Assembly (NCBI GenBank): GCA_950097015.1 | Contig: CATNEN010000008.1 | Coordinates: forward strand, 868,001-932,000 | Direction: 5' to 3' | DNA length: 64,000 bases | Source: Macrostomum hystrix | Taxonomy: Eukaryota > Animalia > Platyhelminthes | Shown: positions 22,955 to 33,976 of the stretch, one piece after another | Layout: each line of letters begins with the position of its first letter | Position numbering within the stretch: position 1 is the first letter of the stretch | Notes under the pieces: generated by a model | The model's input: the letters and a program-made list of their open reading frames with translations, nothing else | Databases searched by the model: none | What the model was told of the DNA's origin: nothing | Position numbers and translations under genes: made by a program

Positions 22955-25900
22955 GACATTTGGCCTCCGTTCCACGCCCCAGCAGCTGCCAGCCTAGTAA
23001 TGCACGCTTCGTGACCGCGCGCATCTTCAGACGACGACGCCACTGCCTGATCGATACCGGAGCAGAGGTGTCCTGCATCAGTGCCAACATCTGTCAGAAG
23101 GCCAGGAGGCGGCTGCAGCCCAGCAACATCACCATCAAAGGCGTGGACGGAAACTTACAACCTGTGCTGGGTGAGACAACTGCGATACTGCAGATTGGAA
23201 CTGTGAGAATTCAGCATCGTTTTGTTGTGCTAGAGAAGCTGTATCCAGCATCAGTCATCCTAGGCTGCGACCTACTAAGTGAGCATGACATCTCCATTCA
23301 CCTACAAGCTGGCTGCATCACATTCAATCGCGTGAATGTTTCAGTCCCTATTCGGCAAAGCAAGGAAGCACCACAGACTTGCAGGCTGGTGTCAGCGGCC
23401 TCTGTGCAACTGCAGCCTGGACAGCACTGGATCATTCCCATCAAACCAGCGCAGCCTACCTCTTGGACTCAGTCAGCAGCCCCAGGCATCATCACAGGGA
23501 CAAAGCGGCAAGGCCTTCTGCTGGCTCGCTGCATTGCAAAGCTTGCTGACAGTGGCATGGGGTTGGCAGCAATCAACATCAGTGACCAGATGATCAGCAT
23601 CACGGACGGTGACGCCATCGGTAACTTCTCGCCATTAGGAAGTCAGCCGCTTATCCACTTAGCCCCCGCTGGCTCATCGGCGACAGCGGCGGCTGTCGTC
23701 GGTTCAACAGCGACAGTGGCGACCACTGCAGCCAGCAAGGTTGCTAGAGACATGACATTCGTAGCATCAGCTTCAGTAGTGGCGCGCCCACCAGCTGAAT
23801 GGCTTAGTAGCATCCAAATCGAACCCAGCATCTCGGCTGAAGAGCAACAGTCTGTCAAGGAGCTGCTATTGGAGTTCACCGACGTCTTCGCGTCACCTGG
23901 CAGCACCGGACAGACTGCCATCTTGCGTCACCGCATCGACACGGGTGTGGCACAACCGATTCGGCAGGGCCTTCGACGAGCGGCGCGCCCCGTCATCGAC
24001 AAGCAGGCAGAGCTAGTCGACGACATGCTGGCCAAGGGGGTCATTCGACCGTCATCATCGCCATGGGCGTCGCCAATCGTGCTAGTTAAGAAGAAGGACG
24101 GAACAGCTCGGTTCTGCTTGGACTATCGGTTGCTCAACGAAGTCACCAAGCCAGACGCTTTCCCGATCCCACGCATCGATGACACTCTGGACGCGCTGGA
24201 AGGCAACGCCTACTTTTCGGCACTCGACCTGGAGAGTGGTTATTGGCAGGTCGAGGTCGATGAGCGCGACAAAGAGAAAACTGCCTTCATCTGTCATCAG
24301 GGCCTCTTTGAATTTAATGTCATGCCGTTTGGGCTCCGAAACGCACCAGCCACATTTCAACGACTTATGCAACTTGTCCTCCAAGGCCTGACCTGGCAAG
24401 CCTGTCTGGTCTTCATCGATGATGTTATCATTATGGGCCGGACAATCGCTGAGCATAATGATCGGCTGCGGGCAGTGCTCGAGCGTCTGCGGGAGGCAAA
24501 CTTGCGGCTGAAGCCATCTAAGTGCCGTTTTGCCAATACGTCAATGATTGCCCTCGGCCATCGAGTCTCAAAGGCCGGCATCGCCGTGGACGAATCGAAG
24601 ACGGCGGCCGTTCGCGATTGGCCGACACCGCGAAATTCCAAGGAGGTCAAGAGTTTCCTGGGCCTTACATCTTACTATCGGCGATTCATCCCGGACTACT
24701 CTAAGATCGCCGAACCGCTTCGACGCCTGACCCTGCCGACGGAGAGATTTCAGTGGACACCGGCAGCGGAGGCTGCATTCAACGAGTTGAAGGTGGCACT
24801 GACATCGGCACCGATCCTAGCCTTTCCGGACACCAGCCCGACCAGCTCCGAGTACATTTTGGACACGGACGCCAGTGATTGCGCCGTCGGCGCGGTGCTT
24901 TCCCAGGTGCAGGCGGGCGTGGAGCGTGTCATTGCGTACTCCAGCCGAGCGCTTTCGAAGGCCGAACGAAACTACTGCGTCACAAGGCGAGAACTGCTCT
25001 CGGTCGTTGAGCACGTCAGGAAGTTTCGGACTTATCTGCTGCCTAGAAGGTTCACTGTGCGCGTCGATCACCAGTCCTTGACGCACCTGCTGACATTCAA
25101 GGAGCCCGAAGGGCAGCTGGCGCGGTGGCTCCAGGTGCTTGACGAGTTCGACTTCAAGGTGGTTTTCCGACCGGGACGGCAGCACAACAACGCCGACTCT
25201 CTCTCTCGACGTCAGCAGCGATGCACTAACCAGTGTAGAGTCTGCCGGCCAGATCCAGCAATCACAAGCAAGGTGACTTCCGCAGTGGCCTGTCAGACCG
25301 ACGACAAAGTCGAGCCAGCTGTCGTCGTCAGGGTCAACGTGGCGTCTGCAGGGCAGTCAGGACCGACTGGAGCTCGCCCGGCAGCCGTGACGGAAGTCAC
25401 CAACGTCAGTGCCCTGCAGTCAAGGCGCAAGCAGGAGCTTCGGCCTTTACCGAATGAGAGTGAAGAAGAGAGCAGTGAAGACGAGGCACCTGAAGACAGC
25501 GAAGCACCAGCGGACTGCGGCGCGGCGCAGCCGTTGCGCACGCAGCAGCTTCATGATCCGATCATCGGCCCGGTGTTCCGGCTACTATCCGACGGAAAAT
25601 CTAAGTTCAGCGAGCAGCAGCGAGATCGTGTGCCACCTGAGAGCTTATTACTGGCTCAGAAGGGGCATGAACTCTGCTTCGTGAATGGCATTATGCATCG
25701 GCTGATCAACTCGAAGCCTGTACCCGTCGTGCCCTGCAGCCTGCAACGCGGGATCATCGACGAAATACACGGCATCGGCCATCTGGGTGAAGACAAGACG
25801 CTAGCCAGCTTGAAGATGCGGTACTACTGGCCGAAGATGGCTGACAGCGTCCGGCTGGCAGTCCGTTCCTGTGAAGCGTGCCAGCGAGCCAAGACGCCTG

Positions 25901-26886
25901 TCATCAAGCGCGCACCGCTGCAGTCCATCGCAGCTGGTTTTCCGATGCAGCGCGTCGGTTTTGACGTGGTGAAGGTCGGCGTCTCCAAGAACGGCAACGA
26001 TCGACTGCTTACAATCGTTGATTATTTTAGCAAATGGGTGGAGCTGGTGCCAATTCCTGACGAGAAGGCTACAACCATCGCCGCAGCGCTTTTCAACAAC
26101 TGGATTGCGCGGTGGGGCGCTCCGCACATTCTCCACTCTGATCGTGGTCGGAGCATTGACGGCCGCATCATCCGCAGCCTCTGCAAGCTGCTGGACATCA
26201 GCAAGACCCGGACGTCCGGTTACCACCCGCAGTGTGATGGCCTTGTTGAGAGATTCCACCGCACTCTTCATCACATGCTGCGCTGCCACCTTCAAGCAGT
26301 CGACCCGTTGGACTGGGAGGACGTTCTGCCGCATTGCCTTCTGGCTTACCGGAGCAGCATCAATGCGACAACTGGATTTTCTCCGCACTTCCTGATGACC
26401 GGCCGGGAGGTGGTGCTGCCGCTTGATGTGGTCTATCGGGTTCCGGAGCCCCCAGCGATCGTCGGCCAGTACGCGGCGGAGACAGTTTACAGGCTCCAAG
26501 ACGCCTTCGACACCGTGCGGAGAGCGACCGGGACAGCTCAGCGACGACAGCGACGCTACTACGACTCGAAGGCCCAGAAGCGCAAGTTCCGCGCTGGAGA
26601 CACCGTGTGGCTTTTTGTGCCGCCTGCCGTGCTGTCCAGGACCAACGGCCTGCCCCCTAAACATCAGGCGCCATGGACAGGACCCTTCAAAGTTCTATGC
26701 AGGACCTCGCCGGTGAACTACCTGGTGCGGCCAGTCGATTACAACGACGGAGAGGTCAAAGGGCGCGTCGTCCACGTGAACAAGTTGAAACGAGCGCACC
26801 AGCCCCGCCCCGCTGACGGTCAGCAGGACGAGGCGGTCAGTGACGTCAGCACCGACGCCCTCGACGCTGATTGGGTGCTTGTGTAA
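22873..26886 (+). CDS. pol: Gypsy Pol polyprotein (protease, RT, RNase H, integrase), -1 frame relative to gag
   Basis: Protease LIDTGAEVS; RT RFCLDYRLLN...LDLESGYWQV...FIDD; RNase H LDTDASDCAVGAVL...RELL; integrase H-H/CEAC zinc motif, core GFD...LHSDRG...GLVERFHRT, and C-terminal WTGPF. The frame is open from 22873; the track starts at TTG 22960. No internal stops. Confidence 0.97.
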   Translation, partial: STRPHPTQLPKRRGGWSTRPALALSALRHLASVPRPSSCQPSNARFVTARIFRRRRHCLIDTGAEVSCISANICQKARRRLQPSNITIKGVDGNLQPVLGETTAILQIGTVRIQHRFVVLEKLYPASVILGCDLLSEHDISIHLQAGCITFNRVNVSVPIRQSKEAPQTCRLVSAASVQLQPGQHWIIPIKPAQPTSWTQSAAPGIITGTKRQGLLLARCIAKLADSGMGLAAINISDQMISITDGDAIGNFSPLGSQPLIHLAPAGSSATAAAVVGSTATVATTAASKVARDMTFVASASVVARPPAEWLSSIQIEPSISAEEQQSVKELLLEFTDVFASPGSTGQTAILRHRIDTGVAQPIRQGLRRAARPVIDKQAELVDDMLAKGVIRPSSSPWASPIVLVKKKDGTARFCLDYRLLNEVTKPDAFPIPRIDDTLDALEGNAYFSALDLESGYWQVEVDERDKEKTAFICHQGLFEFNVMPFGLRNAPATFQRLMQLVLQGLTWQACLVFIDDVIIMGRTIAEHNDRLRAVLERLREANLRLKPSKCRFANTSMIALGHRVSKAGIAVDESKTAAVRDWPTPRNSKEVKSFLGLTSYYRRFIPDYSKIAEPLRRLTLPTERFQWTPAAEAAFNELKVALTSAPILAFPDTSPTSSEYILDTDASDCAVGAVLSQVQAGVERVIAYSSRALSKAERNYCVTRRELLSVVEHVRKFRTYLLPRRFTVRVDHQSLTHLLTFKEPEGQLARWLQVLDEFDFKVVFRPGRQHNNADSLSRRQQRCTNQCRVCRPDPAITSKVTSAVACQTDDKVEPAVVVRVNVASAGQSGPTGARPAAVTEVTNVSALQSRRKQELRPLPNESEEESSEDEAPEDSEAPADCGAAQPLRTQQLHDPIIGPVFRLLSDGKSKFSEQQRDRVPPESLLLAQKGHELCFVNGIMHRLINSKPVPVVPCSLQRGIIDEIHGIGHLGEDKTLASLKMRYYWPKMADSVRLAVRSCEACQRAKTPVIKRAPLQSIAAGFPMQRVGFDVVKVGVSKNGNDRLLTIVDYFSKWVELVPIPDEKATTIAAALFNNWIARWGAPHILHSDRGRSIDGRIIRSLCKLLDISKTRTSGYHPQCDGLVERFHRTLHHMLRCHLQAVDPLDWEDVLPHCLLAYRSSINATTGFSPHFLMTGREVVLPLDVVYRVPEPPAIVGQYAAETVYRLQDAFDTVRRATGTAQRRQRRYYDSKAQKRKFRAGDTVWLFVPPAVLSRTNGLPPKHQAPWTGPFKVLCRTSPVNYLVRPVDYNDGEVKGRVVHVNKLKRAHQPRPADGQQDEAVSDVSTDALDADWVLV

Positions 26887-27923
26887 GCGCAGGCTGGAGC
26901 AACCTTTTTTTTCTCTTCGGACAGTCTTTGTCGTCTGGGCTGCTATTATCATCGCTGTATTGTTTTTCTTTGTTGAGCAGCGTTCTGATTGGGTGCGTGT
27001 TGCAGGCGAGTGGCCTGGTCGTCGGGCGTTCACTTGAGTGATGTTGAATTTTAGCAATTGTTTTGCATTTGCAATTTTTTTGCATTGACCAGTGTCTTAC
27101 AATTTTTTTAACTTTTACAAATCTTTTACAACCTGACTGCCGCGGATTGTTTCCGATCCGAGCAGTTTTTAATTCCTTGTTAGGAAAGCTTTATCCTTAA
27201 TACTCAATATCTAATTTCAATATTTCAATATTAATGTACATGTACGCTGTGCCGTTATTAATCTCTCGCATCCTGGAAACTCAGTCTGGGTGTGTACTGT
27301 AACACCCTGTTGTGATGCCCTTATGTAAAATTGCATTTTTCTATTTTAACTGTTCCCGTTGCATTATCTTCGCCGTCAAATTGTTTTGATCTCGCGGTTT
27401 TTTTTCCTTTGTGTCAAATGCCCTCTGTGGCCTGCGGAAATCACTGTGTTCCCGTTGTTAAGCCATCTTGAGCACTTACTTGTATCTGTGTCGCGAGCGT
27501 GTGCGAGTCAAGCAGTGCGAATTTTTCCCTGCCGCACCAGTCCACCTCTTGCCGGTCAACCCTTTGTTAACCAAAACTCTTATCGTATTTGTTCGCGTCC
27601 GCCGTTCAGCGTGTCGTGCGTATTATCCCCTGCTCTTGAGCAAGGTGTTTAATGCTGTTGTTTTAATCGCTTTGATATTTTCTCATATCTGATACTTTCC
27701 TGTATTGTATGCTCTAGTTAGCGCATTCTCATGCGTGGATGTCTGGCCTTTTACGACCCTGCCTACTGCTAGTAGTGTGGTTGAGCCCAGCAGGGGTTAT
27801 GCGTATTTCGTTCTGATTGCCGGATTTTGCGTTGAATGCCGCCCAGTTATTTTGTGCTCTCGTGTCTATCGTTGTCCGCGGCTGTTTGCAATGAGGACAT
27901 TGCCTTGTCGTAGAGGAGTGTTG

Positions 27924-28232
27924 TGTAGTGCGGCTGGAAATGTTCTTTTAAAATTGCGCTAAATATTTAATTGTTGCTATACAGTAACTATAGCGATTGC
28001 AAATAACATTATTATGTTATTAATTTCTACTTTTATGACCCTTGAAAATAATGCAAATATTAATTATAAATTATTTTAATCGTTGTCTAATTAAAATATA
28101 ATCGCACCAGTTTGAAAAGCGCGCTGCAATCGATTGTAAGTGTAAGGCGCGGCGCGGCGTGTAAACTGAAGACGTTAAATTGCTGTAGTAAAACTGTTTA
28201 AATTCGCGGCCTTCAAACCCAGTTATACTACA
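27924..28232 (+). repeat. 3' LTR
   Basis: Direct repeat of 21424-21732. Confidence 0.98.
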
Positions 28233-29936
28233 TAACCAAACAAACGTGAACAAAATCGAATATCAAATAGCTAAAAGTGACAGCTCCCGAAGGATTAAAA
28301 AAGCTTAGGAAAAAGAAAAAAATCATCTTTAAAGGATTACGCGTTAGTTCAACTTTTTAAATGTGCTCAAGCAAAAATATGGATTTGTTAAAATATGTGC
28401 GATATAAATGTGACGCGATCGTTTAAATCAGAACATTGAATTATGTGCGAATATGACACTCAAGGGTAAGGGGTAAAACACTATCCGAAAAATAGGGTAA
28501 AAGGCTACGCGATGATTTTAGGCGTCTACCCGCTTCAAATCGTCCAGAAAATGCGCCTAACCTATGCAGCACCTACCACACTCAAGTGCACACCGTTTTT
28601 GTCTAAACAATGAAAAAACTATTTTATTTTAAACACCTTAGTTTCATATTTTCTCGATCGCCCATGTCGCCGCTCCTACATTCTCGTGCTTTATAAACTG
28701 AGGTGCTTATGAAGTAATGAATAAATTCTTTATTCATTAATATGAGCCTTTCATTGTTCTTGCTGTTGCAATTTTCGCTTACTGAAATTATACATACTAT
28801 CTTGGTTTAGCATTGTATTCTTTAAGTAAATAATTAACAGTTCTGCAGCCAACAGCTATTTATTCACTTTTTATTCGATGTTTTGTTTAACCTTTCGACT
28901 TGCATCACTACAGTTACGCTTCCACGTTAGTTTTTCATAACTATACCCTTCGCTTTGTTCTCATCATTCAAGTTTATTTAAGATAAACTATTCCAAGCTA
29001 TTCCAGATAATTTCGCGCCTAATTTTGCCCAATCGGACAAATTAGAATCATTCGCATTTAGCTAATCTTCTACCAAGGACAACTTAAGAACAACTGTTCT
29101 TAAGTGTTCTTAAGTTGTCATTGTCTCCTGCTTTCTATTGTAACGAAATCGTAATGAATCAGAGAGCAAAGGCGGTGTTTCTTTTCGGTTGTTTGTCGAT
29201 CGTATGACCGAGAGCTTGAGGAAGGTTGGAGATTGCACTCCTTGGCTACTTATATTTATAGTGTCGAACGGAATATTCTAGAATGTTTTATTGCATTATA
29301 ACAAAGTTAATATTCGGAAATAACTATAGTACGAAATATGTGACGATAAAGTATTATCTGAGTCTTATAATTAACTGCAAGCTGATTAATAGAAATATAA
29401 CATTTACTTTTGAGAACTTCTAGAAATTCTGAGAAAATTATAGAAGGATTTGACTTAGAATATTCTCGAAGATTACCTAATCTAGACAATACGGTACACT
29501 GCAATGTTACACTATTTTTGCCAAGTTCCTAAGCTACCAATCATGCGTTTTGAGCTCTTAATCCATATATGTGAGCTAAAAAAAAATTTCATAAATTAAT
29601 CCGGCAGTTATTGGCAAACAGTCATCCGCCTGAGCCATCTTGCTAACTAAATAACACAAAAGTATCTTAAACTTCTACACTTTAAACTTTTGTTAGTTGT
29701 ATTAACGCTGTTATAGGATTTCGATACATTCGTTTTAACCAGAGCATCATTGGTGTGTCGTGTAACTCTTCAAAATAAGCAATGCCTTAATTTCTTGCAG
29801 AAGCAGCTATGGGTTCTTTAGCAATAACAAGAACAAAGATAATAAAAGAAATAGGACAAACGGTGTTATACATATTTACAATTTCTAAAAGCTTCTAATT
29901 TGTTTATGATGAGCAGCGGGGCAGCTTCCTGTAATG

Positions 29937-30688
29937 CAGGGGTCGGCAAACTCCGAATCTCCTAAATCTGGCCCGTTGCCCCTTCCAAAACTGATAGTAC
30001 GCTCGTATTCTGTCTCATCTTTCCGGTCTCATCTCTCTCTAATCTGAAGATTTAGACTCTAGAGTCTCATCTCTCCTGGGTCTCATAATAATAATAATAA
30101 TAAAATAATAATAATAATTGCAGGAGGGCAATGGCACATAATTTCGTGACACTAGACCCGCAGCCAGCGAGGAGGCAGTTCTGCCCATTTAGCTGACTCC
30201 TGAGCACACACGCACTCAGATACTGTACACAGGCATCCACTCACACAGGTGTGTACATCTGCTCTGACTTTCTCATTGTCAGGCAGTGTACATTTAACTG
30301 TGCCTTGGACTTGGAGGTTGTCCATCAGGGGCGTAAATTGCAGGACAATTTCCCAAGCTTTCTCTCCGTGGCTGCGCCCCAAATAAATGTGGCCTCGCCG
30401 TGGATCGAACTTAGGGACCTTGGTGCGAGAGGCAAACGCGATAGCCGCTCTGCCACCGCCCCCGTCCTGTGTCTTATCTCTCCCCTGTTTCATTCTTCCC
30501 GTGTCTCCCCTCTCTCTCTCCGATCTTATCTCTTCCTGTCTCATCTCTTCTCTGTATCATATCTTATCTGTCTCATCTCTCCTCTGTCTCATCTCTTTCC
30601 TTTCTCATATTCCTACAGTTAATGCGGCCGACTGTCGTCTATTAGGTTCTCTCTGCGGCCCGCACTCTAATAAGTTTGCCGACCCCTG
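29937..30688. mobile_element. Non-autonomous hAT (Charlie/MER1-like) MITE, 752 bp, containing a SINE and satellite
   Basis: Perfect 16-bp TIRs caggggtcggcaaact (29937-29952) and agtttgccgacccctg (30673-30688). 8-bp TSD ctgtaatg/ctgttatg (1 mismatch); subterminal gcggcccgc. Confidence 0.9.
30085..30463 (-). mobile_element. tRNA-derived SINE, copy B (full length), nested in the hAT MITE
   Basis: The minus strand reads ggggcggtggcagagcgg (A-box)...taagttcgatcc (B-box)...body...(att)n tail. Candidate TSD tcctgggtctcat (30074-30086) and tcctgtgtcttat (30465-30477). Confidence 0.85.
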
Positions 30689-31519
30689 CTGTTATGGAAA
30701 AAATCTTTTATTTTACATTTCATTATTTAAATGAATATTTCTTTTATCTAACCTACTGCATCTATGCGTCAACGAAGTAATTATAAGAAACGGTTTGATA
30801 TTTGCAACGATGCAGCGAATTTAATCACAGAACAATCGCTAAAATTCGTAACAAAACAAAGTAGGTACAAATATTTATATCATTAAATTTATTACACTAC
30901 TTTAAGTAGATTTAAAGAAAACTTGCACGAATAAAAAAGAATGATTTATATGATAACCCATTCAACCATTGCGCTCAGTCATTCGTTTCCATCTCAGTTT
31001 TCAATGCGGCTCACACGCTCATACAGGCAACTTGAGGTTTTAATCATTGAAAAATCATAGGGTTAATTGGAACAGCATGATTTTAATTTCAACAGCAATT
31101 CGGATATTTTTAGAGTCTACCCTGGGCGAAATCAATATGCCGAGAAACAATTTTGTTGATGTAGGACTAGGTTCTTCGACTGCAAGCTATTACTTAGAAA
31201 ACTGTCCTTCTCCCACAGAAATTGTTCTAAGCTATCTTTAGCTTACGATAAAAATGTAATATGTAAAATGAACGCACTAAAATTTTGAGCCAAGCAAGAC
31301 ATACTTTCTAAAAGTAGCACGAAATTTATATTTTATCATCAGTTGGGCCTGGAAAGAGCATTATACCAATATTGATAGCCTGAGCAGCCTGTCCATATTA
31401 GTGTTGTAGTTAGCGGGCGTGAAACGCTTTTCACGACCCGCCCGCTGTGCATATCTATGGAATTCGACCATAGACAACAGCAGAGAGCGGGCTGCCGTTA
31501 GTTTCAACCTAGTTTCAAC

Positions 31520-32405
31520 CAGTGTTGGGCACTGGTCCGTTAATAAGCGTTAGTCCGTTAATAAGCGTTAATAAGCGTTAATTTTTTCTTTAACTTTTAA
31601 CGGACCATCGTTAATTTAATTTTAGGTTAACGGATTAACGATTTTTCGTTAATTTTTTTCTAATTTAACGATGGATGTGGTCCGTTAATTTTTTGCTGAA
31701 TTTTCTTCATCTCTAAAGTTTTTAGATCCAGAAAAAATCTCTTTGCTTTCCAGATTTTCCGGGTTTATTTGACAGCCCTTACAAGGCTGACGACAAGTTG
31801 ACAGACAAGGCATTTCTGTACGAGCAGCACCTGATTCGGCTCTTCGCCCGGTACAATACGCCAATACCATCGAGTGCTGCTGTGGAGTGGATGTTCTCCA
31901 CGTGCAAAGACATTCTCCGTGCTAAACGAGTGCCTCTATCGTACCAGATGCTGAGTCAGTTGACTTTTCTACGCGGCAACCAGCATCTGACTCTGTGCAG
32001 TCGAAAGTAAAGACTCAAGTGACGAAGTGGCATCTGGCATGACATTCTGCTGAAAAATGAAATATATGTGACGTATAATCTTTTCCATCTTTTGATTCTT
32101 TTCCAACGTTACATTGCATGTAAAAGAAAAAGCGATGAACTCAAGAAATGAGTGAAACTTACTAAAATCTTCGTGCAACTTCAAAGCAGTGCTGTAAAAA
32201 GGGGCAAAAGTATGCTAAAGGGGAAATTCATCGTCATTTGCAACGCAGAAGATTTTTAACGCTTATTAACGTTTAACTCCTAACTTCCGTTAAATTTATC
32301 AAAAATTTAACGGAAGTTAAAGTTAAAACTTACTTTTTTTTTATTTTATCGTTAACGCTTAACAACTTAACGAAGTTAAAAAAGTATTAACGATGCCCAA
32401 CACTG
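31520..32405 (+). mobile_element. Internally deleted hAT DNA transposon, 886 bp
   Basis: 12-bp TIRs cagtgttgggca (31520-31531) and tgcccaacactg (32394-32405). Perfect 8-bp TSD gtttcaac at 31512-31519 and 32406-32413. Dense subterminal ttaacg/cgttaa motifs at both ends. Confidence 0.93.
31798..32010 (+). pseudogene. Remnant of the hAT transposase C-terminal dimerisation domain
   Basis: RYNTPIPSSAAVEWMFS...ILRAKRVPLS...LTFLRGN matches the hATC pattern (TPxPSSAxVERxFS...KRxxLS), with R replaced by W in ERxFS. Confidence 0.8.
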
Positions 32406-32792
32406 GTTTCAACACGCATTAGCTAACTACAAAAGGATTTGTCTCCGAAATCGGCCGTTGAGGCGGCTTATCATTTAATACATCTTAAATAGAACGTTAG
32501 ACAATCGGTAACGCAGTATGTTGCACATCTATTTTAATTTTCACGATTGAAAGTCTATGGCTTTAATTAGGCATCAAACTATTTGTCTTCGAGCTGTCGA
32601 ATCTTCAAAAGGTGAGTAAAATTAGGCTTCCACATTTTTTCCCTTTTTACCAATTGTCTGAAGAAGATATTTCATACTGAATGAAACGGAGTATAGAAAG
32701 TGGAAACACAAGAAGCAGAAGGTAGGTTTGTACTGACAGTTGGAAGGTGTTAGTTCAGAAGGCAAGTCTAGATTGCCAGGCGTGTTTTTGTA

Positions 32793-33976
32793 TGTCGATG
32801 TTGATGTGTCAGTGTGAGCATGTCGATGTTGATGCATCAGTGTGAGCTTGTCGATGTTGATGTGTCAGTGTGAGCTTGTCGATGTTGATGCATCAGTGTG
32901 AGCATGTCGATGTTGATGCATCAGTGTGAGCTTGTCGATGTTGATGCATCAGTGTGAGCATGTCGATGTTGATGCGTCAGTGTGAGCTTGTCGATGTTGA
33001 TGCATCAGTGTGAGCTTGTCGATGTTGATGCGTCAGTGTGAGCTTGTCGATGTTGATGCGTCAGTGTGAGCTTGTCGATGTTGATGCGTCAGTGTGAGCT
33101 TGTCGATGTTGATGTGTCAGTGTGAGCTTGTCGATGTTGATGCGTCAGTGTGAGCTTGTCGATGTTGATGCATCAGTGTGAGCTTGTCGATGTTGATGCG
33201 TCAGTGTGAGCTTGTCGATGTTGATGCGTCAGTGTGAGCTTGTCGATGTTGATGCATCAGTGTGAGCATGTCGATGTTGATGCGTCAGTGTGAGCTTGTC
33301 GATGTTGATGTGTCAGTGTGAGCTTGTCGATGTTGATGCATCAGTGTGAGCTTGTCGATGTTGATGTGTCAGTGTGAGCTTGTCGATGTTGATGCGTCAG
33401 TGTGAGCTTGTCGATGTTGATGCATCAGTGTGAGCTTGTCGATGTTGATGCGTCAGTGTGAGCTTGTCGATGTTGATGCGTCAGTGTGAGCTTGTCGATG
33501 TTGATGCATCAGTGTGAGCTTGTCGATGTTGATGCATCAGTGTGAGCTTGTCGATGTTGATGCATCAGTGTGAGCTTGTCGATGTTGATGCGTCAGTGTG
33601 AGCTTGTCGATGTTGATGCGTCAGTGTGAGCTTGTCGATGTTGATGCATCAGTGTGAGCTTGTCGATGTTGATGCATCAGTGTGAGCTTGTCGATGTTGA
33701 TGCGTCAGTGTGAGCTTGTCGATGTTGATGCATCAGTGTGAGCTTGTCGATGTTGATGCGTCAGTGTGAGATTGTCGATGTTGATGCGTCAGTGTGAGAT
33801 TGTCGATGTTGATGCGTCAGTGTGAGCTTGTCGATGTTGATGCGTCAGTGTGAGCTTGTCGATGTTGATGCGTCAGTGTGAGCTTGTCGATGTTGATGCG
33901 CCAGTGTGAGCTTGTCGATGTTGATGCATCAGTGTGAGCTTGTCGATGTTGATGCGTCAGTGTGAGCTTGTCGATG
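32793..33976. repeat. 28-bp minisatellite (tcagtgtgagcttgtcgatgttgatgcg)n
   Basis: Period 28 (33005, 33033); ~42 copies. Confidence 0.97.

Larger units (their letters stand above)
21424..28232 (+). mobile_element. Full-length Ty3/Gypsy LTR retrotransposon (6809 bp), recent insertion
   Basis: 309-bp LTRs at 21424-21732 and 27924-28232 (TGTAGT...ACTACA), with no differences seen by eye. 4-bp TSD TAAC at 21420-21423 and 28233-28236. PBS TGGCGACCACG at 21735-21745 and a weak PPT agaggag at ~27912. gag is followed by pol with PR-RT-RH-IN order. Confidence 0.98.

Noticed and set aside
22794-27085. Antisense and alternate-frame ORFs within pol (e.g. 25801-26664)
   Set aside because: They are shadows of a GC-rich coding strand with no recognisable motifs.
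26887-27962. env or extra ORF in the Gypsy 3' region (ORFs at 26840, 27359, 27468, 27705)
   Set aside because: These are short ORFs with non-ATG starts in a T-rich region, with no signal peptide + furin site + TM architecture.
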